Program-made: the position numbers and the translations under genes
From: an uncultured virus (IMG/VR IMGVR_UViG_3300010353_000982)
Taxonomy: Duplodnaviria > Heunggongvirae > Uroviricota > Caudoviricetes
IMG/VR virus record: IMGVR_UViG_3300010353_000982
DNA: 64,000 nt
Direction: 5' to 3' (one strand)
Shown here: positions 49,813 through 59,404 of the stretch, piece after piece
Layout of the letters: every line of letters starts with the position of its first letter
Numbering within the stretch: the first letter of the stretch is position 1
The notes under the pieces: model-generated
Told to the model about the DNA's origin: nothing
Databases searched by the model: none
What the model saw: only the letters and a program-made list of their open reading frames with translations

Positions 49813-50183
49813 TATGGCGCAGCCTCCAGACGTGCTTCAAAGACGTAAAATGCATCTCCGAAGACTTCTTTTGACTTCAGTTTATACCATTCCGCCTCTA
49901 CCTGAATATAATCCTCAACATCAACAGGACAGTCTTCTTGAACGACGTATACTTCTATGATTCCAAGTTCATCGACGCCAAAAGCCCGCTCCATGTGAAC
50001 GATATTCGAATGAACATCATATGTCCTTGCAGGTAAGACAACAGCATACAAAGAAACAGTAGTGTAAGTAGCAGAATTGTTCTGGTAGAAACTATCGGTG
50101 GTAGTCGGCGTGCCTGCTACCTTAAAAGTATAGGCTTTTCCGAGCTTACGCAACATTTTACCGATTTTATTATCCAGCACCAT
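49812..50183 (-). CDS. Putative head closure/stopper protein
   Basis: Synteny, size, beta-rich. Confidence 0.55.
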   Translation of the reverse strand: MVLDNKIGKMLRKLGKAYTFKVAGTPTTTDSFYQNNSATYTTVSLYAVVLPARTYDVHSNIVHMERAFGVDELGIIEVYVVQEDCPVDVEDYIQVEAEWYKLKSKEVFGDAFYVFEARLEAAP

Positions 50184-50416
50184 TATAATCCTACTCCATT
50201 TGTTATCAAAGCAGCGATCCCAGTGACAATCGCTCCAATGATTCCCAGAAGAGCACGAATTACGTTCCTATAGAACTTTTGCTGCTCTTCCAGAGTTTTC
50301 TTCTGTTCCTTCTTAAGCTCCTCGACTTCTTGCTTGAGTAACTTTATTTCGTGGTTGATAACTCCAACGGCACGATCAAACTGACCTCTACTAACATTTC
50401 TTGGTTCATCAACCAT
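50183..50416 (-). CDS. Small coiled-coil protein with C-terminal TM helix
   Basis: Heptad pattern then hydrophobic tail. Confidence 0.6.
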   Translation of the reverse strand: MVDEPRNVSRGQFDRAVGVINHEIKLLKQEVEELKKEQKKTLEEQQKFYRNVIRALLGIIGAIVTGIAALITNGVGL

Positions 50417-50418
50417 CC

Positions 50419-50799
50419 TCACTCCTCTGCTTCGTAATAATTCGCTGGGATTATATCAATAGCAGACTGCGGCGTTGAGGACAATGATGCTACCTTGTTC
50501 TTCTTGATGTAAAGTTCAGACATGCCGTCATATTTGGCGATCATGTCATCAATTTCATTAATCTGATGGGTAGCACCAATTTTGTTGGTGTAAGCCAGCT
50601 CTCCGTTGGTTTTCAGAGCTCTTAATGTGTTAGCAGCCGACAAATAAAGGACGGCGAAGCGGAGGTTAGCAGAATATGTGCTAGTCCCTGCTTTCGCCTC
50701 TATCTCCTCTTGGGCGAGGTTGACTATCTGATCGTATTCGCTATTCGTCATAGACGACTTGACCAGCGCCTTTACCTCCTTACTCGTTACCCAAGCCAT
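50419..50799 (-). CDS. Head-tail adaptor (gp6/gp15-like)
   Basis: Follows MCP; helical W.T..EV...A pattern. Confidence 0.65.
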   Translation of the reverse strand: MAWVTSKEVKALVKSSMTNSEYDQIVNLAQEEIEAKAGTSTYSANLRFAVLYLSAANTLRALKTNGELAYTNKIGATHQINEIDDMIAKYDGMSELYIKKNKVASLSSTPQSAIDIIPANYYEAEE

Positions 50800-50811
50800 G
50801 AGATAGCCTCC

Positions 50812-51660
50812 TTAAATTGCGGTCAGCTTGCAGATTGCATTAGCGTTGTAGATAACGGGTACAATGCACTCGTAGACCTGACCCCACTCGTCACGAGACT
50901 TCTGGAGAGTCTCCGTCCGAACAGTCATGTCAACAGGCATTACTGCCTCGAAGAAACCAGATCCAGGCTGTGCGAGCAGCATACCAGTATCGACGGTCTG
51001 GAACGGGGTAGAGTAAATCTGACCGCCTTCGAGCAGTTCCCTGACCATGTTAATCTCACGGTCTCCAGCGCCAGATCCGAGGACTGACACTGCAAGTTCC
51101 ATGAACTGTGTCGGGTTCAGCACGAGGTTATACGGGCCGTAGATGTCGTCGGCAATGAGCTCGGTGATTGCGAGCTGCACCTTGGCCATTGCGTTGCCTG
51201 CAGTTCCAAAGTCCTTTGCGGTTGATTCGGAATTGCCAGCGCCCTGATACAGACCATTGATGTCGTAGGTGCTACCGTCGGCAGAATACCCATTGAGCAG
51301 CATTGCGTTCTCCTGCAGCATCACTTTGTATGATGCAGAGTCGGCAGTGGATGCCTGAAGCGGGTAGCCTCCGCGCTGTGCGGCGACAATATCACGGTAG
51401 CCAATACGGAACTCCTTGTGGATCACGGGGATCGGCACATGGCTCCTTCCGAAGTCGGCGACATCTTCGCCAGTCTCGGTAAAGGCATAGGTGATCTGTG
51501 CATCACTGACTTCGGTGAGCGTGTCATAAGTCCACTGCTGCAGCCCGACGCCAGCGTTAAGAGGACGGACGCCTATGATCTGCCGCGCGATAGAGTGCTT
51601 GCGGGCATTCTTGACGATTCCTTCCTTGATTTTTATGTAGGTTTCAGGTGGAAGTACCAT
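50812..51660 (-). CDS. Major capsid protein, HK97 fold, encapsulin/linocin-M18-like
   Basis: IPVIHKEFRI..RD, EN...LNG, GPYNLVLNP motifs; between decoration and adaptor genes. Confidence 0.85.
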   Translation of the reverse strand: MVLPPETYIKIKEGIVKNARKHSIARQIIGVRPLNAGVGLQQWTYDTLTEVSDAQITYAFTETGEDVADFGRSHVPIPVIHKEFRIGYRDIVAAQRGGYPLQASTADSASYKVMLQENAMLLNGYSADGSTYDINGLYQGAGNSESTAKDFGTAGNAMAKVQLAITELIADDIYGPYNLVLNPTQFMELAVSVLGSGAGDREINMVRELLEGGQIYSTPFQTVDTGMLLAQPGSGFFEAVMPVDMTVRTETLQKSRDEWGQVYECIVPVIYNANAICKLTAI

Positions 51661-51673
51661 GTTTGTTCCCTCC

Positions 51674-52585
51674 TTAAATCAGGCTCCTGACCATAAGATC
51701 AGTGACTGCAGTGGTCGTGGTGATTACACTCTCTTCTGCAATGGCAATCGGAGCCATTCCAGCACCATCAACAACGAGGTAAATGTATCCCGCAATGTTG
51801 TGGTCAGAGGTGGTGTATGATATGGACGACGGGGTTCCATCGCAGATGTACGGCTTCGGAACATCGAAGAACAGCGGCGTGGTGTCACCAGACTTGAGTT
51901 CGAGAGCAATGAGGTCTCCGCGAGTGTTGTTGGTCTCGGTAGCATCACCGTTGACGTGTGCAACGAATCCCTTATTGGCGCAGGACTCACCATCAACAAA
52001 CCCGTCAGCGTCTCCACCAGACTCGGATGAGAGCATACCAACGTCGATTGTCGATGCAGCTACATTGGTTCCAACGTAGATGATTGCATCCCTGACAATT
52101 GCGCCTGCAGGCAGGTCAATGCCAGTGTCGTATTCGGAAGTCTTCTTGGTGAAGGGAATACGCATTGCATATCCGCCACCCATCGGGACGACGGGTATAA
52201 GAACACCGCCAGTGGTCGGCGCGAGCAAATCGCCCTTGTAGACGACAACTCCAGCAGCAAGAGCAGCTACAACCCAGAAGCCACCGCCCTTCAGGACAGG
52301 GACACGGGCGCTTGCAGCCCAGATAGTGTCGACGGTTGCGGGCCTATTGCTGGTCATCGAGGAGCTTCCGAGGAAGGACTGCTCGTACCCAATGAACCCA
52401 TGGGCCATATAGGTAACACCATCGGCAACAACAACGTCATCGTCGTTTGTTCCGCGCATTGCCGCACGACCAGCGTATGCATTAGTCGCACTCTCAAGTT
52501 TATACTCGGAGTAGAAACAGGAGTCAGTTGCGGCAATTACGATTTTGTTTGCGGGCTTCTTGAACCCAAAGTAATTCTGTGCCAT
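51674..52585 (-). CDS. Putative capsid decoration protein
   Basis: Between scaffold and MCP; KGDLL...G and IAIAEES motifs. Confidence 0.6.
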   Translation of the reverse strand: MAQNYFGFKKPANKIVIAATDSCFYSEYKLESATNAYAGRAAMRGTNDDDVVVADGVTYMAHGFIGYEQSFLGSSSMTSNRPATVDTIWAASARVPVLKGGGFWVVAALAAGVVVYKGDLLAPTTGGVLIPVVPMGGGYAMRIPFTKKTSEYDTGIDLPAGAIVRDAIIYVGTNVAASTIDVGMLSSESGGDADGFVDGESCANKGFVAHVNGDATETNNTRGDLIALELKSGDTTPLFFDVPKPYICDGTPSSISYTTSDHNIAGYIYLVVDGAGMAPIAIAEESVITTTTAVTDLMVRSLI

Positions 52586-52597
52586 TTTTCATTCCTC

Positions 52598-53758
52598 CTA
52601 TACCTTTGTGACCCACGTCACTTTGCCATCGCTGTCGACAGACGGGATACCAACAGACAGGCCACCACTCTCTTCAGGAGTCGATGCAGGATACTTCAGA
52701 CCAGCGGTCTTGTCATCCTCAACTTCCTCGGTCTTGATCGCATTCAGATTTGCGGTAAACGCAGTAATCTGCTCGGCGGTCATTCCCTCGAAGATCTTGG
52801 TGTTGATGTCCTTGATTCCGCGCTTTGTAGCTGCGGCGACATATTCACTTACTGCAGCCTCATGTGCAAGGGATGCCTTATACGCAGCAATCTGCTGGTC
52901 GGCGATTTCCTTTGCCTTCGACGCAATAAGTTCCTCCTGACTGACGGTCTTGTCGTCTTTCTTCTCGGAAGCAACCTTTTCCTCGGTCTTCTTGGAAGCG
53001 ACCTTTTCCTGTTCATCAGGCTTCTGCTCCAGCGCCTTCTTCTCAAGAGCCGCAATCTTTGCATCGCGCTCTACGAGGGCTGCCTGAAGCTGCTCCATGG
53101 TAAGAGTAGTCTCTTTCTTATCTGTATCAGCCATATTTTTACCTCCTTTCGAGTTACCAGCTACGTTTGCGTTCTTCTCTGGAGAGTTAGGAGAAGAAGC
53201 GAGCCCGCTAATAACCTGATTGAGTTCTTTTGCTGTCGGTACATACTCGATAGTCCCAAGGACGGTACGAGCTTGAGTTGAGGGTTCTGACGGTGCTGGA
53301 GCACTAACAGAGAAATTGGCAATCAAAAAAGTTTCAAAGCCGTCCTCCGAAGAGGCAAGAACATTGAAATTTGCATCGGGCCAAGCTCCCTCGGGTACGA
53401 CAGTAACATTCTTACCCTCGCACCCTGTTGCCCATCCGTCGACATTTTCTTTTGCCGCAAGACGGACGCTCCAGTTTGGCTTCCACGTCCCTTCGGAAAT
53501 CTTCCTCTGGGCAACGGAATCGGTAATCTCTGCCATTGCCTTAATTTTCTTGACAAAAGGATCATACCAAACATTGCTCATCTTACCGATCTCGGCCTTC
53601 GGGTCGAAATCGCAACCATGAGCATCGCCGTTGCGTGGACAAACGGTAAGAGCCTTGCCCTTCAACGTCGCCACGACGTTCTGAATCTCACTGTCGAGGA
53701 TGCCCCACCCATTTTTGTTCTTAACCCCAACGGGGATAATGGCTCCTGAAATAATCAT
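52598..53758 (-). CDS. Putative prohead protease/scaffold fusion
   Basis: N.NGW...H...WSV...V.EGA N-domain plus charged coiled-coil C-half; start uncertain (up to 53851). Confidence 0.65.
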   Translation of the reverse strand: MIISGAIIPVGVKNKNGWGILDSEIQNVVATLKGKALTVCPRNGDAHGCDFDPKAEIGKMSNVWYDPFVKKIKAMAEITDSVAQRKISEGTWKPNWSVRLAAKENVDGWATGCEGKNVTVVPEGAWPDANFNVLASSEDGFETFLIANFSVSAPAPSEPSTQARTVLGTIEYVPTAKELNQVISGLASSPNSPEKNANVAGNSKGGKNMADTDKKETTLTMEQLQAALVERDAKIAALEKKALEQKPDEQEKVASKKTEEKVASEKKDDKTVSQEELIASKAKEIADQQIAAYKASLAHEAAVSEYVAAATKRGIKDINTKIFEGMTAEQITAFTANLNAIKTEEVEDDKTAGLKYPASTPEESGGLSVGIPSVDSDGKVTWVTKV

Positions 53759-53945
53759 TGCACCCTCTCCACCTTTATTATCTGCGTTCATCGATATATA
53801 AACAGTACGTTGATATGTGAAATTCGTCATTAAATTGGTCAAAAACGACAAATACGGCTGTAAAACAAGGTAAAGAGAGGCAAAATAGGGCAGAAAGTGG
53901 CATGAACCACAACCTTTATAGGGTTTTACTACAATATATATTGCA

Positions 53946-54494
53946 ATGACTGGCTATAGAAATAAATACGACTGGTCTGGGGAATGTGCAGCGAGAGGAC
54001 TTAACGCCGAGGAATTTTTCGTCGTAAAAGCTCACGAACACGGCTATGATACCAAAAAGGCAGGAAAAGAAGACGATATGTACCGAAAAATCGACTTTTT
54101 CTTCAGAAAATCGCCGATTTTCCATCCAGATGCCAAAGATCTTGGCAAAATTTACTCAACTGACGTCAAGGCCATGAAGAAAATCAGCCGCCAAGACGCC
54201 GAGCCGCAGGATCAGTGGACTTGGATTGAGCTCCATGGTGTCAACGAGGGCAATAAGGGATGGCTTTATGGTGGCTGCAGCGACTTCATCGCCTTCCAGA
54301 CACGGCGCGGTTTCCTTCTTGTGCCGCGTGTTGACCTTATAGCGAAGGTGGAAGAGGTTGTAAACTTCGATGCGCGTGTCAGAACACCCATGGAGGCAGC
54401 CTATAAAGTCTACCAGCGCGCGGGCCGCGTCGATGAAGTGACTCTTATTGAGAAAAAACATCTGATGGATATCACATGGGAGGAATGGAAGTGA
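53946..54494 (+). CDS. PD-(D/E)XK nuclease-like protein
   Basis: E...ID...DVK pattern, GWLYG; TATA box at 53911-53920. Confidence 0.55.
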   Translation: MTGYRNKYDWSGECAARGLNAEEFFVVKAHEHGYDTKKAGKEDDMYRKIDFFFRKSPIFHPDAKDLGKIYSTDVKAMKKISRQDAEPQDQWTWIELHGVNEGNKGWLYGGCSDFIAFQTRRGFLLVPRVDLIAKVEEVVNFDARVRTPMEAAYKVYQRAGRVDEVTLIEKKHLMDITWEEWK

Positions 54495-54625
54495 TATGTC
54501 TCGAACAGAAAGAAACCCAAGAAACGATCATCACTGTCCCGACGGTAAGTATTGTTCGTGGTGTCACCCTAAATCAAGTCAGCGAGGAGCAGTCAGGCAA
54601 AGAAATAAGCAGGAGGCTAGGTTTT

Positions 54626-54718
54626 ATGAATGAAGAAATGTGGCGTGCTATTTTCATATGTGAAATCATGATAATTCTCACATTTCTAGCACTTATCGAC
54701 CTTTCTTTTATCAGGTGA
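54626..54718 (+). CDS. Hydrophobic micropeptide, 30 aa
   Basis: AGGAGG RBS; single TM. Confidence 0.5.
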   Translation: MNEEMWRAIFICEIMIILTFLALIDLSFIR

Positions 54719-54836
54719 ACTCGGAAAACCTTTTTTTCACGTCTGATAGTATTAAATTATCGGGTTGAAAAGCAAATATATCTGATGTCGACCACGTTTT
54801 TTGGTGGCGACACAAGGGGAAGAGGAGGTTAACAAG

Positions 54837-54920
54837 ATGGAAACCGAGACTAGGATCGTCGCCATTGTCTTTGGCGTGATCGCTATCGCCGTTGTTGCCG
54901 TCTATGTGTTCTTCATCTAA
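54837..54920 (+). CDS. Hydrophobic micropeptide, 27 aa (METETRIVAIVFGVIAIAVVAVYVFFI)
   Basis: GAGGAGGT RBS; single TM. Confidence 0.6.
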   Translation: METETRIVAIVFGVIAIAVVAVYVFFI

Positions 54921-54963
54921 ATTGACTAACGTCAATTTTCCTGAAAGCCTGACAGCGATATAA

Positions 54964-55105
54964 AGGGGAAGAACGTCGAACAAGGGGAAAAGGGGAGAAC
55001 CGAAAGTATTATTACTTCTCAAACTGAAGTAATATACAGAGAGGAAGTTGCGGGCATTTGCCCCGCATGTTTTTAACCTCTCGGAATATCTCGATGTCTT
55101 CCCCT
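54964..55105 (+). ncRNA. Candidate structured sRNA
   Basis: Closing stem AGGGGAAGA-CGTCGA/TCGATG-TCTTCCCCT with nested stems. Confidence 0.45.
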
Positions 55106-55161
55106 GACCTCGAATCACTTTTTCGAGAAAGGGTAGGTAAGCATCAAGAGCGGGGAAAAAA

Positions 55162-55227
55162 ATGTACGATTATATTCTGATGATAATCCCGATAGGATTT
55201 ATTATCGCTCTTCTGCCCGAGGTGTAA
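55162..55227 (+). CDS. Hydrophobic micropeptide, 21 aa
   Basis: MYDYILMIIPIGFIIALLPEV; weak RBS. Confidence 0.35.
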   Translation: MYDYILMIIPIGFIIALLPEV

Positions 55228-55394
55228 ATCACCATATTGGAACATGGAGAGAAAGATTCGATAGGAGGTAAAGATGGGAACAGAGTGGGATGAGACAGAC
55301 TGTGATCTGTGCGACAAACAGGGGAGTGATGATTGCCCGTATCCTTATTCGGGCTGCCTTCTTGGGTGCTCATCATTCGAGAGGAGATCTTCCA

Positions 55395-55571
55395 ATGATA
55401 CGAAACAAATCCAAGTTCGTCATGAGCAAATCAACGATTGTGCTCGAAATTGGCCTTCTGGCCCTCCAGGGGGCGGTTTTTCTCGCCATGGATTTGACCA
55501 TATCGAGTATCCTTACCTTCGTTAATGCAGGGGCATGGTTTCTTGTGTGGCACAGAAATGAGACACAATGA
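55395..55571 (+). CDS. Small two-TM membrane protein
   Basis: GAGGAG RBS; hydrophobic. Confidence 0.5.
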   Translation: MIRNKSKFVMSKSTIVLEIGLLALQGAVFLAMDLTISSILTFVNAGAWFLVWHRNETQ

Positions 55572-56016
55572 GACACAAATAGAAACAAATCGTTTCTGAA
55601 ATTGGAACAATCGAAATCTTTTTTAGTTCAGCAATAGAAATAGGTAAGAGGGGATATAATATGCCTAAAGAATTTACCGACGGCAGCGATGCCGAGCTTG
55701 GAAATGATGAGATATATTATGACAAGATTGTCGGAGCCACGCGGCGCAAGAGATTGCCTGACGGCACGCTTGTCTGGTATCCGATTGAAAAGAAATAACC
55801 ATGAACGAAGATGCTCTTGAAAAACTGAAGCGCATGGCAATGCAGCGGTGTACTGATCGAATCAAGAGCGGCGAGAAAATGCCCCAATACGGGGTAACTT
55901 CTATTTTAAAAAAGAAATACTTACTTTAAAAAAGATTAATTATTATTGCCACAAATAAACGAATGTGAGCCGCAAAACGTGTTCTATATAATATCAACTG
56001 GATAAGATATAAAGAT

Positions 56017-56086
56017 TTCGGAGGAAACTTCGGAGGAAACTTCGGAGGAAACTTCGGAGGAAACTTCGGAGGAAAGTTCGGAAAAA
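56017..56086. repeat. Tandem 12-bp repeat TTCGGAGGAAAC x5 plus partial
   Basis: Read directly. Confidence 0.95.
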
Positions 56087-56197
56087 GCCTCATATTCGCG
56101 TTTTAAGCTTCATGAAAATCAAGGTAAGAGAATAGTGCAGCAGCGGGCAGAAAGTGCCACAGAATCAATCCTACCCCCCGCCAAATTGATGTTAGGA
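56087..56197 (-). repeat. Imperfect inverted repeat, right arm (partner 31119-31228)
   Basis: Reverse complement aligns with left arm at both ends. Confidence 0.85.
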
Positions 56198-56821
56198 TAT
56201 GGCCGCTGAAAACTCTTTTTCTAGTTCAGATCTTGTCCAGTTACTTTCATATAATATTGCCCTGCACCACTTCTTCAACTCTTCATGAGTAAGCGAATGT
56301 TTCATAACATTGGCCTGAAAACAACAGAGAACCACATTTCCACGCACATAACCCTTGGACGATTTAATGCGGTCTATTGATATCGACGTAGGAAGCCCAC
56401 CTTCGATATTGAAATCTATCGACATCTGGAAACCAGTATATTTGCAGAGTCCTCCCTGCAAGGTATAGAGTTCTTTCAAGTAATCTATCGTCAGGTCGAA
56501 CTTCATTTTCTTATCCCGAGCTCTTTCCCGTGATCTTTTAATTAAATCGGCAAATTTTAAATTGAGCGGATCATCGACTTTTTTCTTTTCCCTTATCCTT
56601 TTTCTCGATGCTGCCACCCGATTCCGCTTTACTTCTGCAGACAAAGCAGCTTGAGCTTGCCTCGACCTTTCAATCTCCCGCTTTCTGTATTCAGGATGTC
56701 CATGGTAGTAGGCTTTAGAATAGGCCCGCTTACAAGCCCTACACGCCCTGCGATCTGCACACATCTCTGATTCTGGCTTTGTTTCGCCACAAGTGGCGCA
56801 TTTATACATCTGTTCTTCCAT
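56192..56821 (-). CDS. HNH-type (homing-like) endonuclease with N-terminal Zn finger
   Basis: CxxC...CxxC; SIDRI.S.KGY..GNV.LCC...N..K. Confidence 0.8.
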   Translation of the reverse strand: MEEQMYKCATCGETKPESEMCADRRACRACKRAYSKAYYHGHPEYRKREIERSRQAQAALSAEVKRNRVAASRKRIREKKKVDDPLNLKFADLIKRSRERARDKKMKFDLTIDYLKELYTLQGGLCKYTGFQMSIDFNIEGGLPTSISIDRIKSSKGYVRGNVVLCCFQANVMKHSLTHEELKKWCRAILYESNWTRSELEKEFSAAIS

Positions 56822-57223
56822 ATAACACTATACGTTGCCATAGTATATAGTTATATTGGAAAAAAATTTTTTTTTTGGAAATGCGAAAATCAAGGTAATG
56901 AAAGCAACCAAAAACGATTCACGGAGGAAACCCCCACTTACATGCACCATCATATACAAAAACACGAGGTAAGGTGTATCAAAGTAGGGGTGCTCCCTCG
57001 GGCATTGCCACAAATACGGCCATATAAGATTTGAAAAATGTCTTGTCGAGAATTTTCACTAGGCGCGACGACAGAAATATGCCCCCCGCTTCGAGATCTG
57101 GGCAAAATAAGCCCGTAAACTCGTCCGATTGTCACAGCGACGCCGCCAGGACTTCTAATTATCCTCATGAATATAAATCGTTTTCTCGACGACGCCCCGA
57201 CGTCCACGTCGTCACCCCCGAAG

Positions 57224-57266
57224 CGTCTGACATGTGTCTGCCACCTGTCTGCCACTTGTCTGACAC
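57224..57266. repeat. Tandem ~11-bp repeat TGTCTG(C/A)CAC x3-4
   Basis: Read directly. Confidence 0.8.
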
Positions 57267-57807
57267 GCCCTATGTGCCGCACCCACTCCGTGCCCCACGA
57301 CGGACACGTCGCCATCACGACGTCAAGATAAGATTTCGTTTTCATTTATATACCTTCCGCCGCGCCGCCCGCCTGACAGCGCATCCCCCCGCGCCCCTCG
57401 TTGCCACGACGTAATCCTGGCCCGACGTAAATGACGACGATAACGACGGGACGTCGACACTATAGCACCCGACGTGCCACACCTCGCCCCCCGTCGACAT
57501 TTTCTCGCCCCCACGACGTCACCGACGTCCCGCCCCTCGGCCTGTTCTCTTACCTGCAGACGACAACCACGTCGCCACCGACGGAAAACCCCCCGATTTC
57601 ACCACGATTTCCACGTCGACACGACGTTACGACGATGGTTCGCCGTTGCTACGACGTTGTCCGTCGTTCGACGAAATAACGTCTGAACGCACGCCTGACC
57701 ACGACGTTAAATTTTCAAAACCTTCACGACGGAGACACGACGAGATACGACGCATTTCTTAATTCGAATGACTTCTTAAAAAACTAAAAAGCCATTTTTG
57801 ACCCTTC

Positions 57808-57842
57808 TTAATAATAATAATAATAATAATATATATATATAG
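57808..57842. repeat. (TAA)n-(TA)n simple repeat flanked by TTCTTA motifs
   Basis: Read directly. Confidence 0.9.
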
Positions 57843-58018
57843 TAAAATATGACTTCTTAGTTTCTTAAGAAGTAGAAGAAACCGAGAAATGCGACGTACA
57901 CCGACGTTAAAATCAGGGGGATGCTATTTTCGAGATTACGTCGTGCTCCGACGTTAGCGGTTCAATTTGGGCGTTTTTGGCTAAAATAACGTTAAATCTT
58001 ATCTCGTTATCTTGTTAT

Positions 58019-58051
58019 CCCGACGACTTCCCGACGACTTCCCGACGACTT
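58019..58051. repeat. Tandem 11-bp repeat CCCGACGACTT x3
   Basis: Read directly. Confidence 0.9.
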
Positions 58052-58690
58052 CCCCTCGTTATCTCGACGATTTCCCGACATCTCGACGTCCACTCGACGT
58101 TGACTTTTCCACTGGAAATCCCGCTTTATGTCGATGGAAACCCCATATTGGCGTTTTAAGGCCAAAAAACCCCCTCCGCATACTATTGTCCGAAAAAAGA
58201 GGTAAAGCCAGCCAGAAACGCGGGAACCTACCTTAAAATCGATTTTAGGCCGATATCGTCACTTCATACCGACAACCCCTTTGGCCCGACGTGGCCCCGA
58301 CGTAAAATCGCTCCCCACTCCGCTGCCCGCTCCGACGTGGCGACCCTGCCCGCCTCCCCCGTATCCAGACGCTGCCGATGCTCTTTACCTCGTGGCTCCC
58401 TCGTGGCTCGACTGACGGCCCCATCCCTCCGCAAACCCAGCGCCCCGACGTGAAGCGCGCCCCGCCCCAACGACGGCCCCAGCCGAAGGCGACGACTGAA
58501 GCCCCTCGTTTTCGTCGTTCCGTCGTGACTTCCTCGTTACCGACGTTAAAATGGCATTTTCAACGACGGAGCAACGCCTGGAGCCTTTCCGTCGTGGTCT
58601 CGACTGAAGCCTTAACGCCTGACTCCCTCGGCAACTTTCCGACGTGAAGCCCGACGGCAACGTCTGAAACGACCCTCGCCCCGACGTAAG

Positions 58691-58703
58691 CAAACCTTTA
58701 TCA
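58691..58703 (+). promoter_or_regulatory. BRE-TATA promoter heading the structured region and early genes
   Basis: CAAACCTTTATCA, same motif as other viral promoters. Confidence 0.6.
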
Positions 58704-58721
58704 TGTCAAAGGTCAATTTTG

Positions 58722-59270
58722 TTTTGTGAAATCGCAGGGAAAAACGCCAAACGGCGCGATGCCCTGACGGTGACACGACTGATGCACGTCGTAAACAACA
58801 GGGGATAAGGCGGAGCGTTTACGACGGAAGGATTACAGGGCTCCAAGGGTTTCCTCGTTTTTTAGGAGGTTCAGACGTAAAACCGACGGGCCGTCTCTGA
58901 CGGACACCACCTGATTCCCCCGACGTATACGGCGTATGAGGTATGGGTTTTTGCTAAAGATTCTTCAGTCGATGGCGACGGCGTGGCATTCGAAGGTAAC
59001 GGAGAACACCACGGCGGATGAACTATCAGTTTACGAGACGGACACGATGAGATGTCCGACGGGGAATCGCATAGTCTTCAGTCGTTTTCCTCTCCGTATA
59101 AGTCGTTAAACGTCACAAAAAATCCCTGACGGTGACAACGATGAAGGAATGCCATTACCTTCGGAGTCACCCGTCGAAAAAAAGTCATACCGACAGGCGA
59201 AATTTCCGACGGCGCTTCAACCTTTCCAACCACGGAAGACACGGAGTGCCCGACGAAGGAACGTGATTTT
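58722..59270 (+). ncRNA. Candidate large structured ncRNA or 5' leader
   Basis: No ORF >=60 aa; many nested and crossing helices; 3' end uncertain. Confidence 0.55.
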
Positions 59271-59404
59271 TGAGTCGTAAAAATGGAAAAAATCTTGAAT
59301 TTACGAGGGGGCCGTCGAGGCTACCCCGTGCAAATTTACTCGTGGTGATAAAGTCGGCCACGTCGAGAAATCGGCGTTGTCGGCGTCAACTAGGAGTGAA
59401 AAAA

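Noticed and set aside
50812..51660. Cellular encapsulin/bacteriocin
   Set aside because: Flanked by scaffold, decoration and head-tail genes; no cargo gene.
52400..53281. 293-aa + strand ORF and similar antisense ORFs (e.g. 16531-17178, 9749-10321)
   Set aside because: Shadow frames opposite well-supported genes.
56017..56086. Mini CRISPR array
   Set aside because: Head-to-tail 12-mers without spacers.
56950..58693. Arg/Pro/Thr-rich ORFs on both strands
   Set aside because: Low-complexity products of CGACG-rich DNA with no RBS; likely non-coding.
58722..59270. RNase P RNA or hammerhead ribozyme
   Set aside because: No GAGGAAAGTCC-type P4 signature and no CTGANGA...GAAA core in suitable stems.
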